Shown here in pieces: positions 52,649 through 63,715 of a DNA stretch of 64,000 bases (positions within the stretch are counted from its first letter, which is position 1; each line of letters begins with the position of its first letter). This stretch comes from a virus (lineage: Duplodnaviria; Caudoviricetes): the IMG/VR virus record IMGVR_UViG_3300037067_016725, positions 1 through 64,000 of that record; one strand, 5' to 3'. Made by a program: the position numbers and the translations under genes. Below the pieces are notes generated by a model that saw only the letters and a list, made by a program, of their open reading frames with translations, did not search any database and had not been told where the DNA came from.

Positions 52649-55600
52649 ATGAGTGACGGGATACTAAACAGTGCTAACATCGAAGAAGCCAATAGGGGTA
52701 CTGCTACACTAGCCAGTAACCTTAATAGTGCTGCAGCAGCCCAGGCCAAGCTTACCTCCGAAGAAGAAAAGCAGTTAAAGGTAATACGGGAAGCCCTAAA
52801 AGATAAGAGATCTCTGACTCAAGAGGAAGAGAAGTACCATGACAGTGTCAAGAAGACTCTTTCAGCAGAGAGAAAGAGGGCGGACTATGTAGAGAGAACC
52901 AACAGGAGGATGGAGAGGTTCCTTAAGGAAGCTCCAGAGCTCGTTGGTGATCTAGACAAGAGCTTTGCTCTTGCAGGAAACAAGCTTGAGAAGTCTGTAA
53001 ATGCTGAATTGGAAAAGATGCTAAAGGACTTGGACAAAGCCCTTGAGTTAGGTACTGAGATAAAAAAAGTTGACCTGTTCAATATCGACGATCTGAAGAA
53101 AGCACAAAAGGTCATCAAGGGAATAAACGATGATCTAAGCAAGTTTGACGATAGAACCTTTGGGAAAGGGATGCTGAAGAGATCAGCCCAGATGAAGGGT
53201 GTTCTGGGGGGAGTTAGGTCTGGTTGGAAGGACAGAACCGGAAATGGCTGGAGAGAATCCGGAGAGTACCTTAAGAAAATGGGAGCCAACAGGATTGCAG
53301 CAAAGGGAGGGTCCTCCATAGCCGGCTCCGCTGCATCCATGATGGGTGGGGCGATGGCAGGTGCTGCCAAGTTTGTTCCTGTAGCTGGTGCCGTGGTGTC
53401 CGCGGTATCCGCAATAAACGATGCCATAAATGCTGCAGATAGAATAGCTAAGGGTGCTCACAAAGATTACAAAGCCTTGGCAGGCCCCATATTTCAAGGT
53501 GGAAAGTTTGAAGGGGATTCTCGTAGGTATAACAAGGAGATTCGCAATGTAAGCAGGAATCTAGACCTTGGTGTAGACTATGAAGAATGGAATGCCATGT
53601 TTGAATCTATGAAAGGAGCAGGCATGACACTTCAGGGGGTTGAAAAGAACTTTGGTTCCTTTGGCGACACCATGGAGTCTGTGCAGCAGACAAGCGTTAT
53701 GTTGGGAACTAGCCTTGAGGTAACTGGGGACTACTTTGCCAAGCAATCACAGATGACAAGGTCTGGCCTAAAGACCATGGAAAAAGGATTTTTGGAAGTA
53801 GCCAGGGGTGCTAAAGTAGCGGGCATGGAAACCAATAAGTTTTATGATTATGTCTTACAGACTACAAACGCGATGGCGCTTTATGGGGACTACACTGCTG
53901 CCGCTGCCGTAGCCGTTAAAAAGGGAGCATCGAATGCTACAACCAGCCAGGAGAAGGGAGCACAGGCTGCCACGGATATAGCTTCCTGGTTAGGTAAGAT
54001 GGATAACTCTACGGCCATGAACATTGGTGCCTTTGTGAATAAGAGTGGTGCCAACGCCAACGACATTGCAGACAACCTGGCCAGTAAATTTGCTGAAAAG
54101 ATGGCTTCTCTACAGGAGGGTTCCCAAGAGTGGCTTAAATATTCTAATCTAAAGAAGGATGTGGAATCGGTTAAAGCTTCCACAGGAAATAACGCTTTGA
54201 AACTGGGCATGCTCGCTAGAATGTCTAGCACAGAGGTAGGTCCCTCTATGCTTATTCAGGCGGTTAAGCAGCTAACCGGTGCAGGAAACAAAGACCTGCT
54301 GAGCATGATGAGAAGTGGGAACACTGGGATGATGCTGCAGAAGGTAGAAGCCCTGGGACTTCCTAGGGAAATAATGGACCAGCTTACCCAGATGATGAAG
54401 GGTGCAGGTACTTCCGGTGATGTCTTTGCAAAGCATCTACAGCCCCTCTTTGACAAGATCCTTAAAATAGAGGATGAGGGGGAAAGGAAGAAGCAGATAC
54501 AGGAGCTTCAGAATATAGCAGATATCCTTAAAAAGGGGGAAGCTGCAAGTACCGAACAGATGGATATAGCTGCTGCCTTCATGTCAAAACAGGGGATTTC
54601 TAGGGAATTCTTCATGAACGAAGCGGTTAAGGATGCTATGACCATAGGAGAAACCCTTGATGCAAGCTTGGGTAACCTTCGAAAGGGAAAACCTACGGGG
54701 TTTAGCGTAGGGGCATTTGCTGAAAAGTCCGTAGCTAACCTGGCTGTGGAGAGCAGAGGATTCCTTCCCGCTTCGTTAAAGCCCGCAGATCAGAAGTCTG
54801 TGAATAAGCTCACAACTCCTTTGGAGAAGCTAACCAAGATAACAATGGACTCCATTAAGTTTGATGCTTCTGATAGCCAGCTGGCAAAGGTAGGGATAGC
54901 CATATCTGCATCTATTAGAGATGGTGTTGGTAATATCTATGACTGGTTAATGCACAAAGACGATATGAAGCCTAAGAAGGAAGCAGAAGCTTTCTTGAAG
55001 AGCGAAAAGATGACTGTCATAGGGCAAAGTACTCGAGCTCTCAACAGTATTGTAGAGGGTCAGGATGCCCTAGTTAAGAGACTCAACGCCATAGATGACC
55101 CTACAAAGAAAAAAGAAGAGATGGAAAAGGCTCATCGTAGAAATGAAGAGGCTTTCAAAACTGCTGTTGATGCTATCATTCAGAACACTGAAGGAAAGGA
55201 TAAGGAAAGACTATCTCAGTACAAGTCAGAAGCTCTGAAAAAAGGAGGACCTGTAGCGGATATGGTGAGCTACTTCCTCGATAAAGCCCGTACAACAGAA
55301 AGCTGGAAATCCATGCAGGCTAAGACTAAGGGGACCCTGGAAGTCTTAAAAAATCAGAAAGGTGGAGACTTCTCGGAGAGCACCCTACTACAGATAGCTG
55401 ACTTAGAACAGACAGCTAAAGATCTTTATGATCTTCAGACGGGTTCCAAGTATAAGGACCCCATGCAGGATCGCAGTAACTGGGAGTTTCAGCCTCCTCC
55501 TGGTATGGTTTCGGATAATGGCACTCCTAAACTTCCCGCGGACTTTGGTAAAAACATTCCTGCAAATATGAAGTTGCTCCCACTAGGTAACTCCCCTACA

Positions 55601-55723
55601 AACACTTCCACTGCAGGTGGGAAGAACCCCATTAATATCACTGTAGTCGAAGACAACTCAAAGGAAGGTAAGGGTACCTGGAGTGCCTCCACCAACACAA
55701 ACCTTTACCCTTCCACTCCCTAA
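52649..55723 (+). CDS. Tape measure protein
   Basis: 1024 aa, helical, A/K-rich with Gly/Ala hydrophobic segments, canonical position. Confidence 0.75.
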   Translation: MSDGILNSANIEEANRGTATLASNLNSAAAAQAKLTSEEEKQLKVIREALKDKRSLTQEEEKYHDSVKKTLSAERKRADYVERTNRRMERFLKEAPELVGDLDKSFALAGNKLEKSVNAELEKMLKDLDKALELGTEIKKVDLFNIDDLKKAQKVIKGINDDLSKFDDRTFGKGMLKRSAQMKGVLGGVRSGWKDRTGNGWRESGEYLKKMGANRIAAKGGSSIAGSAASMMGGAMAGAAKFVPVAGAVVSAVSAINDAINAADRIAKGAHKDYKALAGPIFQGGKFEGDSRRYNKEIRNVSRNLDLGVDYEEWNAMFESMKGAGMTLQGVEKNFGSFGDTMESVQQTSVMLGTSLEVTGDYFAKQSQMTRSGLKTMEKGFLEVARGAKVAGMETNKFYDYVLQTTNAMALYGDYTAAAAVAVKKGASNATTSQEKGAQAATDIASWLGKMDNSTAMNIGAFVNKSGANANDIADNLASKFAEKMASLQEGSQEWLKYSNLKKDVESVKASTGNNALKLGMLARMSSTEVGPSMLIQAVKQLTGAGNKDLLSMMRSGNTGMMLQKVEALGLPREIMDQLTQMMKGAGTSGDVFAKHLQPLFDKILKIEDEGERKKQIQELQNIADILKKGEAASTEQMDIAAAFMSKQGISREFFMNEAVKDAMTIGETLDASLGNLRKGKPTGFSVGAFAEKSVANLAVESRGFLPASLKPADQKSVNKLTTPLEKLTKITMDSIKFDASDSQLAKVGIAISASIRDGVGNIYDWLMHKDDMKPKKEAEAFLKSEKMTVIGQSTRALNSIVEGQDALVKRLNAIDDPTKKKEEMEKAHRRNEEAFKTAVDAIIQNTEGKDKERLSQYKSEALKKGGPVADMVSYFLDKARTTESWKSMQAKTKGTLEVLKNQKGGDFSESTLLQIADLEQTAKDLYDLQTGSKYKDPMQDRSNWEFQPPPGMVSDNGTPKLPADFGKNIPANMKLLPLGNSPTNTSTAGGKNPINITVVEDNSKEGKGTWSASTNTNLYPSTP

Positions 55724-55740
55724 TGAGAAACTGGTGACCT

Positions 55741-56955
55741 ATGGATTTTTATACTGATGCAGCACAGACACAGCAAGCAAGTGAGGCCAATCCCTTTCTC
55801 AGAGGGGACCTTGTTTATGAGGCTTTGGGCAAGATAGCCAAGGATAGGGAGTACCTGATTACTGTAGATGAATTTCTAGGTTCCTTCTATAACTCGTTGA
55901 TTGATATTTCCGAGACGGACACCACCTCCTTGTGTGTAGACAAGCAGGCCCTTATCACTCTGTTACAGCCTGGGGATAGTGCTCCTTACCTTCACATCTC
56001 ATTTATTCCAAGGATAATGGATCTTACCTCCACTACCCCTCCGGTATCGAAGGTTCCGGTGTCTTGGTCCGCCTCAATGAAGGAGCAGGTTAGCATCGCA
56101 TGGCTTAAGACATACTCCCATGCGATCTTCATACCCTACAATGATCTTGTTGCATACACAACACAAACTCCCGGATTTTCTAAACAGGATGCTATTGATA
56201 TCCTGAACAGCATTTCTGTAGGGAACGATAGAAGGGAATCAGGAAAGGCAAGCACCCTGGTACTTAACCCTGTAGAGATTAAATCCTCTACAGAAGTCAA
56301 TGACTTTACTGAGCCAGGGCTTACCCAATATACAATGCTACAGAAAAGGCCTCCTGGGGATTTTTTCAAGGTTGAGCTTATAGCCCCTTCTGGAACTCCC
56401 GGAGGAATAGAACGACATAATATTGCTACGGCAACAGGAGAGGAAGTAACCTCCCTAATTCTGAATATGTCCCCAAACTCGTTAGTAGTAAACTCTGCTA
56501 AAAAAGTGAATAGGGTTCAATCCTTTACCCGATGGGTGGAAGAGCACTGGGGAGATGAAATAGATCAGATTTCCTTTTCAGGAAATACCTTTGCCTTCAT
56601 CACTGAGGATTATGGGTTGGCGGTTGTAAATAGGGACACGTCTAGTCCCTACAAAGAATTACAACATCTTGTAAATATATATCTGCTTAATGGGGCCGTT
56701 TACCATAAGGAAGAGGACAGCACCCAGGACAGGCGTATGTTCTGGGATTATACCTCTGTGGGTAAAGCCAGTATGACCATAAATAGGCACCCCAGGGCAG
56801 GTCTTATCAGTATGAGGTTGTACATAAAACTGAGTTGTGACTTTGCCCAGTTTGTAGGGTACTTCGAATCCTTTGACATAACAGAGGATGCCGTAAATCC
56901 GTATAGAATGGCATACACTGTATCCTTCAAATCTGAGTACACTAAGTGGTTGTGA
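55741..56955 (+). CDS. Tail tube initiator/baseplate protein
   Basis: LNMSPNSL...HWG...ISFSG...FVGYFESFDITED..NPY...YTVSF; paralogous to the next gene. Confidence 0.6.
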   Translation: MDFYTDAAQTQQASEANPFLRGDLVYEALGKIAKDREYLITVDEFLGSFYNSLIDISETDTTSLCVDKQALITLLQPGDSAPYLHISFIPRIMDLTSTTPPVSKVPVSWSASMKEQVSIAWLKTYSHAIFIPYNDLVAYTTQTPGFSKQDAIDILNSISVGNDRRESGKASTLVLNPVEIKSSTEVNDFTEPGLTQYTMLQKRPPGDFFKVELIAPSGTPGGIERHNIATATGEEVTSLILNMSPNSLVVNSAKKVNRVQSFTRWVEEHWGDEIDQISFSGNTFAFITEDYGLAVVNRDTSSPYKELQHLVNIYLLNGAVYHKEEDSTQDRRMFWDYTSVGKASMTINRHPRAGLISMRLYIKLSCDFAQFVGYFESFDITEDAVNPYRMAYTVSFKSEYTKWL

Positions 56956-56956
56956 T

Positions 56957-58537
56957 ATGAACGAGAATGATTTAACATATGTATTTGGAAGGAAGCTGAA
57001 GGATGCAGGGGACACTGTTCTTCCTGATTCTGCTTTACCGACAATCGGAAATGGGATAGACACATATTCTCTCTCTATTAAAACACATACTGACGTTACC
57101 TCGGTTTTATCGGGTTTCAAAAAGGAGGGGTACCTTCCCTTCCTGATATCTCAGATAGACTCTAACAGAATAGCTAGCTCCTGGAAACTAGGGTTACTTG
57201 TAAATCCTTCTGATATAAATTTTGGTTCTTCACAAAATGTGGATACCAAGTTTGGACGCAATTCCCATATAGTGACATTGTGGGGTGCAAGCCAGTTAAC
57301 CATTACTGGAAACGGATCTTCTGCAGCCTTTTTTGACCCTGACACGGGTTTGGCGGACGTATTCACTCGAAAGACTACTAAGGCTTATGCCAATCTAATG
57401 TCCTTTGTTCAGACAATGCGGAACAATGGGTATTATGCTCTATCCACCACTAAAATGGTGGAGGTGCGTAGGGAGAGCTCTTTCCAAGAGGGAGACAATA
57501 GTGCAACGGGGGAAGATGCTGCTCAAAAAGAGAAGAATAGTCAGAATGTGTCTTCTGTAGAAAACACGGGAAACCCCTTGTCCTCCTCTAAAGATGGGGA
57601 ATCATACATTACCCCTATTGTGGGAGGAAACAATAACAGAGTCATTCATGTTATGGACAACATGTCCATTTCTTATGGAGGCACTTCCTACTTAGGGTCC
57701 TTTGCATCTTTCTCTATAGAAGCTTCGGGGGATTCCCCCTATTCATTAAAGTATTCCTTTGTTTTCATAGTGTCTGGTCTTGACGGGGATACCGTAGATG
57801 GCCATATCAATGATGGAAATAATAAGGACACAGGGATAGTTGTAGGGAAGCAGGGGACTAACTTTATATATTCCCTTGGTATAAGTAAGGACTTCCTGGG
57901 AAAGGCCTCGGGAATGGCCAGCTATCTCATAAACACAGCAGATACCCAACTCTCCGGTAAATACTATTTGCCAACACCAACCAGTTATGGGGCCCTGGCA
58001 ATCCCCCCAGAGTGGGAAGCTGTTGTTAAAAGTGCTGCACAGGCTAATGGAATCCTTCCCTCTTATGTAGCAACGGTTATTTGTAACGAGTCTGGTTGGA
58101 ATCCTAAGGCAAAAGGTCCTGCAGTGACGGGGTCCACTACTGCCAGCAACAATGGTAGACATGCTTTGGGCCTAGGACAGTTTATGCCAGCCACAGCAGA
58201 GGATCAGCATCTTGCAGGAGCAATCGCCAACACTACCGATGACCCTAACAATACTCGGGATCAGAGGCTAGACCCGGTAAAAGCAATAAATGCTGTAGCC
58301 CGATACTTGGCCCAGCTTCTAAGGGGGCAGGGAAATGTGATTGAGCTGGGGGTAGCAGCATACAACGCGGGTCCGGGTACCGTGAACAATGCAGTAGCAA
58401 AATGTGGGGGAGATCGTGAAAATCCAAATGTGATTTCTCTTCTTCCTAGACAGGAAACAAAAGACTATGTTGCTAGGTTTTTAGCCAGGCAAAAAGGCTA
58501 TTCTTATTTAGATTCAACCGGTGTACTTCAGGAATAA
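56957..58537 (+). CDS. Tube initiator-like baseplate protein fused to a lytic transglycosylase (SLT)
   Basis: ICNESGWNPKA, ALGLGQFMPATA, AAYNAGPG, ETKDYV. Confidence 0.85.
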   Translation: MNENDLTYVFGRKLKDAGDTVLPDSALPTIGNGIDTYSLSIKTHTDVTSVLSGFKKEGYLPFLISQIDSNRIASSWKLGLLVNPSDINFGSSQNVDTKFGRNSHIVTLWGASQLTITGNGSSAAFFDPDTGLADVFTRKTTKAYANLMSFVQTMRNNGYYALSTTKMVEVRRESSFQEGDNSATGEDAAQKEKNSQNVSSVENTGNPLSSSKDGESYITPIVGGNNNRVIHVMDNMSISYGGTSYLGSFASFSIEASGDSPYSLKYSFVFIVSGLDGDTVDGHINDGNNKDTGIVVGKQGTNFIYSLGISKDFLGKASGMASYLINTADTQLSGKYYLPTPTSYGALAIPPEWEAVVKSAAQANGILPSYVATVICNESGWNPKAKGPAVTGSTTASNNGRHALGLGQFMPATAEDQHLAGAIANTTDDPNNTRDQRLDPVKAINAVARYLAQLLRGQGNVIELGVAAYNAGPGTVNNAVAKCGGDRENPNVISLLPRQETKDYVARFLARQKGYSYLDSTGVLQE

Positions 58538-58544
58538 CAGAACC

Positions 58545-61055
58545 ATGGCGAATACAGGTATTTATACTCTACAGGAGTTCAAAAACAGACAGGCCCTCAA
58601 ACTGGCTCCTGATATGTTTATTACGGTCATGGGGAAGACTGATGCTAGGGTGTTGCTGTCCGAATCCAGCATAGTTGAAAAGACTTCTGATGGGGAACTT
58701 ATTGAGAATCAGACAGTAGCCAATGTAAAGAACTTTGACTTCAAAGGAGGCCTCCTAAGTGTTAACACTGATTGTGCTGCACAGCCAGGGGCTGGAACTT
58801 GTACAATATCTTTTTCGTGCCCAACATACGATAGCTTAAACGAGAACTACTATATCACTCTACCGAACGGGACTAAATCCTTATTCTTCCAGTCTATGAT
58901 GGAGGTTAGGGTATATTCGAAGGGTAGGTTCTTGAGCAAGGATGGAACCCCCATTTACTACCCTGTGTTTTGGGGATTTATTACCACAGTTAATGAGGAT
59001 GTCCAAGGAAATAACGCTAATATCTCCTTGGCCTGTAGGGATTGTCTTGGCTGGTGGGAGTACCAATATGTGAATATTGTTAACTCTAGTGTTCAGGAGA
59101 AGTACGGTGGTAACCCTCCAGGCAATGCAGGTAGCCTTTATAGATTCATGAACCCTTGGGCATGCATCCTTAACTTGTTCAGACAGACTGGCTTTGACAA
59201 TTTCATATTCCCTACCTTCACGAAGGGGTCAGATCTGAGCCAGACAGAAGCTCCTTACACCTTGTCCAATCAGGACGGGACTAACAACAAAGGTGCCTAT
59301 GAGTTGTTAGCAGGAGCCGTTATTAAGGATTGGAAAGACAGATATGGCTTGGGGTCTGTACTTCCTACAAGTGGAAAGAAAAACTTTTCAAACTTAGAGA
59401 TGTATGGTATTAGTGGTCGTATAGACCTCAACTCTACCAATGAGCTTACCGCGGTAAGAGAAAAGGATATAGGAGATCAGCAAGCCTCCGCAGCTAGTAG
59501 GAAGGATACCAATGGAGTACCCTCGGCAACGGACGCTGCTAGGAAAATATACAAGGATAACTATGATGCAAAAAAGGTAGCTACTGAGAATACTTCAGGA
59601 ACTTCGGGGGATCAAGTATCTTCAGGGTATGAAGAGGAAGGAGATCCCTTCTATGTAGTTTCCCGTTTTCAGCAGGCAGGTGATGATGTTGTTCCTGACT
59701 TTGGTATAATGGGTGAAACCCTTCCCTTTGGTAACATGGAAGAATACCAAGTAGGTACGGAACCCGTTAAATACACCAAGCTTGAGACAGCCTCCCGTGT
59801 GGCGGATAGCATTGGGTTTGAATTCTTTCAGGATACTAATGGCGTCTTTGTTTTCAAACCTCCCTTCTTCAACATGAATGTTATCAGAAACAAGATCTAT
59901 GTGATTAAGCTGGAGGACATCCTTTCCTTTAATGCTGCAGAGGATTCCACACAGGTGGTTACCTTTATGGAGGCAACGGCTCCACTAATCCAGCTAGGCA
60001 CTGCTGCCCCATATCTAGCCTATCATGTTGACTTTGCTATGATGGACAAGTATGGAATAAGGGAGAAGTCTGCTACCCTTATGTATGGTGGTTCTCCACG
60101 TAGAATAAGGGCTATGGCATGCAGTGAAATGGCAAAGGCAAATATCAATGTGTTCACTGCCAGCCTTACTATTGTGCATAGGCCCGAGCTAAGGGTAGGA
60201 TACCCTATATACATCGACCACTTGGATACCTTCTATTATGTTAAGTCCATAAACCATTCCCTTGCTTTCGGGTCCAGCGCCACTACAACCCTGTCCTTAT
60301 GTGCTCGGAGGACAAGAGTGTATAACAACAATGGTGAACTGATGAGGGGTTATATATACAAACCCTTTGACTCCTTCAAGTATGGGGACAACCTGTCCAC
60401 TTCACAGATAGTAAAGGAAGAAAATAAAGAGGTCATGCGTGTTTTTGATAGTAGGGATGCCTCGAAAAAGCTGGAGGCAGCCAGGGCAATGGATGACTTA
60501 GGGGTGGGGACAAAAGGAGAGTCCAACCCTAGTGCCGCATATGCTAGGAAGCCTACAGCCACTGATAGGTATTACAGGGCAAATAATCTTACAGCTTCAC
60601 CTACCCCCGGCTTTTGGGTTCCTGTACAAGCGACCTCTATGAGGAATCTCCAGGATACCTCTAGTGATGCAAACAAACCTGTGGCTTTTGATGCAACTCG
60701 GTTTAGTGAACTGTATATGTTCCAGGAGCAGTCCGACCCGAGCGAGCCCAACTTGACTGCAGAGGAATCTGCAAAGGGGTCCCACCCCTACACTGACATA
60801 AACGGGTTCCAACATATAGGAGGGTTCCCTTATGGTGCTACTCTTATTATGGGGCCAGACTCTACCATAAGAGGATCATCCTCTGGGTCAGATATATCAG
60901 AAGATGTGGCTACCCTGGATTTACCTGGATTAGAGGGAGCCAGCAAGACTGTGGCTCCGGTGGTTACCCCCGCAAATGCAGGTATGACAATTGCAGGGAC
61001 AAAAGAAGAAACCACTGATAAGTCTGATGATGTTGCTAGTATAGACTTGGCTTAG
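58545..61055 (+). CDS. Baseplate hub protein (gp27-like)
   Basis: Start moved to ATG 58545. VFWGFITTV, FEFFQDTNG.FVFKPP, RPELRVGYP...YYVKSINHS...TTTLSL. Confidence 0.7.
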   Translation: MANTGIYTLQEFKNRQALKLAPDMFITVMGKTDARVLLSESSIVEKTSDGELIENQTVANVKNFDFKGGLLSVNTDCAAQPGAGTCTISFSCPTYDSLNENYYITLPNGTKSLFFQSMMEVRVYSKGRFLSKDGTPIYYPVFWGFITTVNEDVQGNNANISLACRDCLGWWEYQYVNIVNSSVQEKYGGNPPGNAGSLYRFMNPWACILNLFRQTGFDNFIFPTFTKGSDLSQTEAPYTLSNQDGTNNKGAYELLAGAVIKDWKDRYGLGSVLPTSGKKNFSNLEMYGISGRIDLNSTNELTAVREKDIGDQQASAASRKDTNGVPSATDAARKIYKDNYDAKKVATENTSGTSGDQVSSGYEEEGDPFYVVSRFQQAGDDVVPDFGIMGETLPFGNMEEYQVGTEPVKYTKLETASRVADSIGFEFFQDTNGVFVFKPPFFNMNVIRNKIYVIKLEDILSFNAAEDSTQVVTFMEATAPLIQLGTAAPYLAYHVDFAMMDKYGIREKSATLMYGGSPRRIRAMACSEMAKANINVFTASLTIVHRPELRVGYPIYIDHLDTFYYVKSINHSLAFGSSATTTLSLCARRTRVYNNNGELMRGYIYKPFDSFKYGDNLSTSQIVKEENKEVMRVFDSRDASKKLEAARAMDDLGVGTKGESNPSAAYARKPTATDRYYRANNLTASPTPGFWVPVQATSMRNLQDTSSDANKPVAFDATRFSELYMFQEQSDPSEPNLTAEESAKGSHPYTDINGFQHIGGFPYGATLIMGPDSTIRGSSSGSDISEDVATLDLPGLEGASKTVAPVVTPANAGMTIAGTKEETTDKSDDVASIDLA

Positions 61056-61070
61056 CCGAGCGAGGGAACT

Positions 61071-63101
61071 ATGGGAATAAGAATAGCCGTACAAGACAAA
61101 AGAGCTCCTTCTCCTAGCAGAAAGACAGGTGCCCACTATCATAAGGAAGAGGCACTTCCTAGGGCTTTGTGGAAGGAAAACGGGAAGAGGACAGTTAAAG
61201 GAGTAATATCCCGTGTGAATGCGGACGCCAATCTTATGGATGTGGCGGTTCAGGGTTCTTCTCAGTTCCTTACAGACATCCCTATTTTCTCTCCTTATGT
61301 AGGACCCGCGGGGTTTATGGGTATCTACCCAGAAGTAGGATCCCTAGTAGTTCTAATGGATTCTTCCTTTGGTTTGGTCCCGGTAGCTTATGCTATACCA
61401 CAACCTGAGTTTGCCCTGCAGTGTGAGCTTCTTTCTCTGTATCCAAAGGAAACAGCAGATAGCATTCGTGAGTTAATGAGGGTAAGGCCTGCCAAGTATC
61501 GCAGGATGCGACCAGGGGAAGGAAGAATGGCATCCTCCCAAGGAGCAGAACTGTTTTTGGATGAGGATGTTGAACTTCTCGATAGCATGGACAATGGATT
61601 TCATATAAGATCTGGTGATGGGAGTGTAATAGCTACTTCACAACAGAACTATATGTTTGCCAACGGTGTATGGAGGAGTGCCGGCCCCATCCAAAGAAAC
61701 TCTCTAGAAACTAAGAACTTTGGTGAGAATGACATAAGCTATGAAGCCACGGAAGTAATTCATTCCGATGGTAACCGTAGTGTTTACATAGGTGGAAGGT
61801 ACCAGTATAACGACCTAGTCTACAATGAGTATCGACTTGAAGTAGAGGACTCATGTGTTCTTTCAAAACCTATAAATGATGTAAACGAGGGGGTAAACCC
61901 TAAGCCCCGGTTGCCTAAGGTTTCTCATATTATGGGGAACATGGTGGGGAATAACCCTAATGACACAGGGACTTACGGTAAATTTCTAGCACCTGCTTTT
62001 ACAAAGGGGACAAGAGGAAACGGTTGCTTACTATTTGAAGCTATCAATCCTGCAGGTAATGGGGATACCCTAGGGTCTCGTGGAGTCGCCTGGGCTTACC
62101 AGATACCGGACAAGGGGTTCTTTGGACAGGACAAGGAAGGAGCTTTGCATGCCTACATAGGGGAGACAAAAGGGGACACCCCGGGCATATCGGTCTCTCT
62201 AGTTGCAAAGGGTGGAAGAAAGGAAGAGTGGGGTTTTGTCAAAGACGGTGGTCTTTCCTGGGACATGTACACCAAGGGAGGTATCTCCTGGGTAGTTGGG
62301 AAGTCTACGGACAGTCCCGCTAAAAGTATTCTTAGCAGAAGCTCCGTTGTTAGATACCTGGGAGGAACCTACACTGAACATGGGTTCTCTCAGGACTATG
62401 ATAAAGATGTCTTGCAGGACTTAGATGGTAATGACCTGGACACAGTGCATCAAGCATCTTATAAAAAAGTTGTAAGAGTTGCAGGTAACTCCCGAGAAGA
62501 GATTGCTGGAGACAGTGAATTCCTTATTGGGGGCAGCATTATCGAAGAAATTCAGGCAGGAAGATCCGTTTCCGTGGGTGGGTCCTATAGTGAGTCAGTC
62601 ATAGGGGATAGAACAATCAGCACCACCTCATCTTTATCCATAAACGCCATAAGAAGCATTAAGGTGCAGACGGCCACACGTACCGAGAAGATAGTCAAGG
62701 GAAGTGACAGCAAAACTATTTTGCTAGGTGATGACGAGACCACCATAGCCCTGGGAAGCCATACCCTTAAGGTAGGTGTTGGTGATGTGAAGAGAACAGT
62801 GGCAACAGGAAATATTGAGGATACCATTGCTGCCGGAAGCCACAAGACTACAGTTGTCCTAGGAAACTATGATGTAAGCGTAGCAACGGGGAATATTGGG
62901 GTTAACACTTCGGTAGGGACTGTCACAGTAGGGGGGACCAGTGTTTCCGTCAAGGGTATGGTGGCAGTAGATATCAATGCACCTATAGTGGGTATAGGTG
63001 ATGTGGCAACAAGGTCAGGGGTCATCACGTTCTTGTCCCATAAGGATTACACCACAGGCGCTCCCCTTATTCCCTCTTTGAAAGTAACTGCGGGGATGTG
63101 A
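61071..63101 (+). CDS. Central baseplate spike (gp5/VgrG-like)
   Basis: N-terminal OB fold (GVISRVN...YPEVGSLVVL) and C-terminal V/T/G beta-helix repeats. Confidence 0.75.
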   Translation: MGIRIAVQDKRAPSPSRKTGAHYHKEEALPRALWKENGKRTVKGVISRVNADANLMDVAVQGSSQFLTDIPIFSPYVGPAGFMGIYPEVGSLVVLMDSSFGLVPVAYAIPQPEFALQCELLSLYPKETADSIRELMRVRPAKYRRMRPGEGRMASSQGAELFLDEDVELLDSMDNGFHIRSGDGSVIATSQQNYMFANGVWRSAGPIQRNSLETKNFGENDISYEATEVIHSDGNRSVYIGGRYQYNDLVYNEYRLEVEDSCVLSKPINDVNEGVNPKPRLPKVSHIMGNMVGNNPNDTGTYGKFLAPAFTKGTRGNGCLLFEAINPAGNGDTLGSRGVAWAYQIPDKGFFGQDKEGALHAYIGETKGDTPGISVSLVAKGGRKEEWGFVKDGGLSWDMYTKGGISWVVGKSTDSPAKSILSRSSVVRYLGGTYTEHGFSQDYDKDVLQDLDGNDLDTVHQASYKKVVRVAGNSREEIAGDSEFLIGGSIIEEIQAGRSVSVGGSYSESVIGDRTISTTSSLSINAIRSIKVQTATRTEKIVKGSDSKTILLGDDETTIALGSHTLKVGVGDVKRTVATGNIEDTIAAGSHKTTVVLGNYDVSVATGNIGVNTSVGTVTVGGTSVSVKGMVAVDINAPIVGIGDVATRSGVITFLSHKDYTTGAPLIPSLKVTAGM

Positions 63102-63697
63102 TGCCTTTTGCTGCTCCTACAGCTCAGTCCGCAATAATGGTGGCGGGAGCCTCCCTAGGTATCGTAGGGGGGAATTTCAGCCAAATAGCAATGGCTGTCG
63201 CTATGACCTGCCAGAGTCAGTTTCTGCTACCTGCAACTATGTCCGTGGTAGCTGCAGGAACCGCTGGGGCTGGTGTCGTAGGAGGAGCTTCTCCACCTAT
63301 AGGTGTAACCCCTCCTGCTATGGCTTCTGCAATTTTTTCTTCGATGGCCTCAAAAGGTCTTACAGGGGCTAATAATTTCAACATATGTATGGCGATAAGT
63401 ACGGGTATCTGTAATACCATTCCTTCGTTAGTACTCTTTGGGGTATCCCCTGGGGTAGGAACAGGGACTGGTACTGCTAAGGCTGTATCATTTGACCCCG
63501 CCAGCTTTACGACGATATTGATAACCAATCTTGCGTCGTTAGGGATAGTGGGGTCACAGGCTATGGCGATAGCTGCTGCTATAGCCGAGGGCGTTTGTAC
63601 AACTATGTCCTCATCCTTAGTAGTCCCTGTTTTGGCAATAGTGGGACCATCGGGGCCCGCTCCTGCAACAACAGTATTCCCAGCACAGTTTGTATAA
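63101..63697 (+). CDS. Hydrophobic Ala/Gly-rich spike-associated protein
   Basis: TGATG coupling to the spike gene. Three xAxA(I/V)xxxxC repeats. Confidence 0.5.
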   Translation: MPFAAPTAQSAIMVAGASLGIVGGNFSQIAMAVAMTCQSQFLLPATMSVVAAGTAGAGVVGGASPPIGVTPPAMASAIFSSMASKGLTGANNFNICMAISTGICNTIPSLVLFGVSPGVGTGTGTAKAVSFDPASFTTILITNLASLGIVGSQAMAIAAAIAEGVCTTMSSSLVVPVLAIVGPSGPAPATTVFPAQFV

Positions 63698-63715
63698 GAA
63701 ATAACAGAGGTTTTT

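Noticed and set aside
46501-63697. T6SS, eCIS or tailocin locus
   Set aside because: Portal, protease, scaffold and capsid genes are in the same cluster, which indicates a complete phage.
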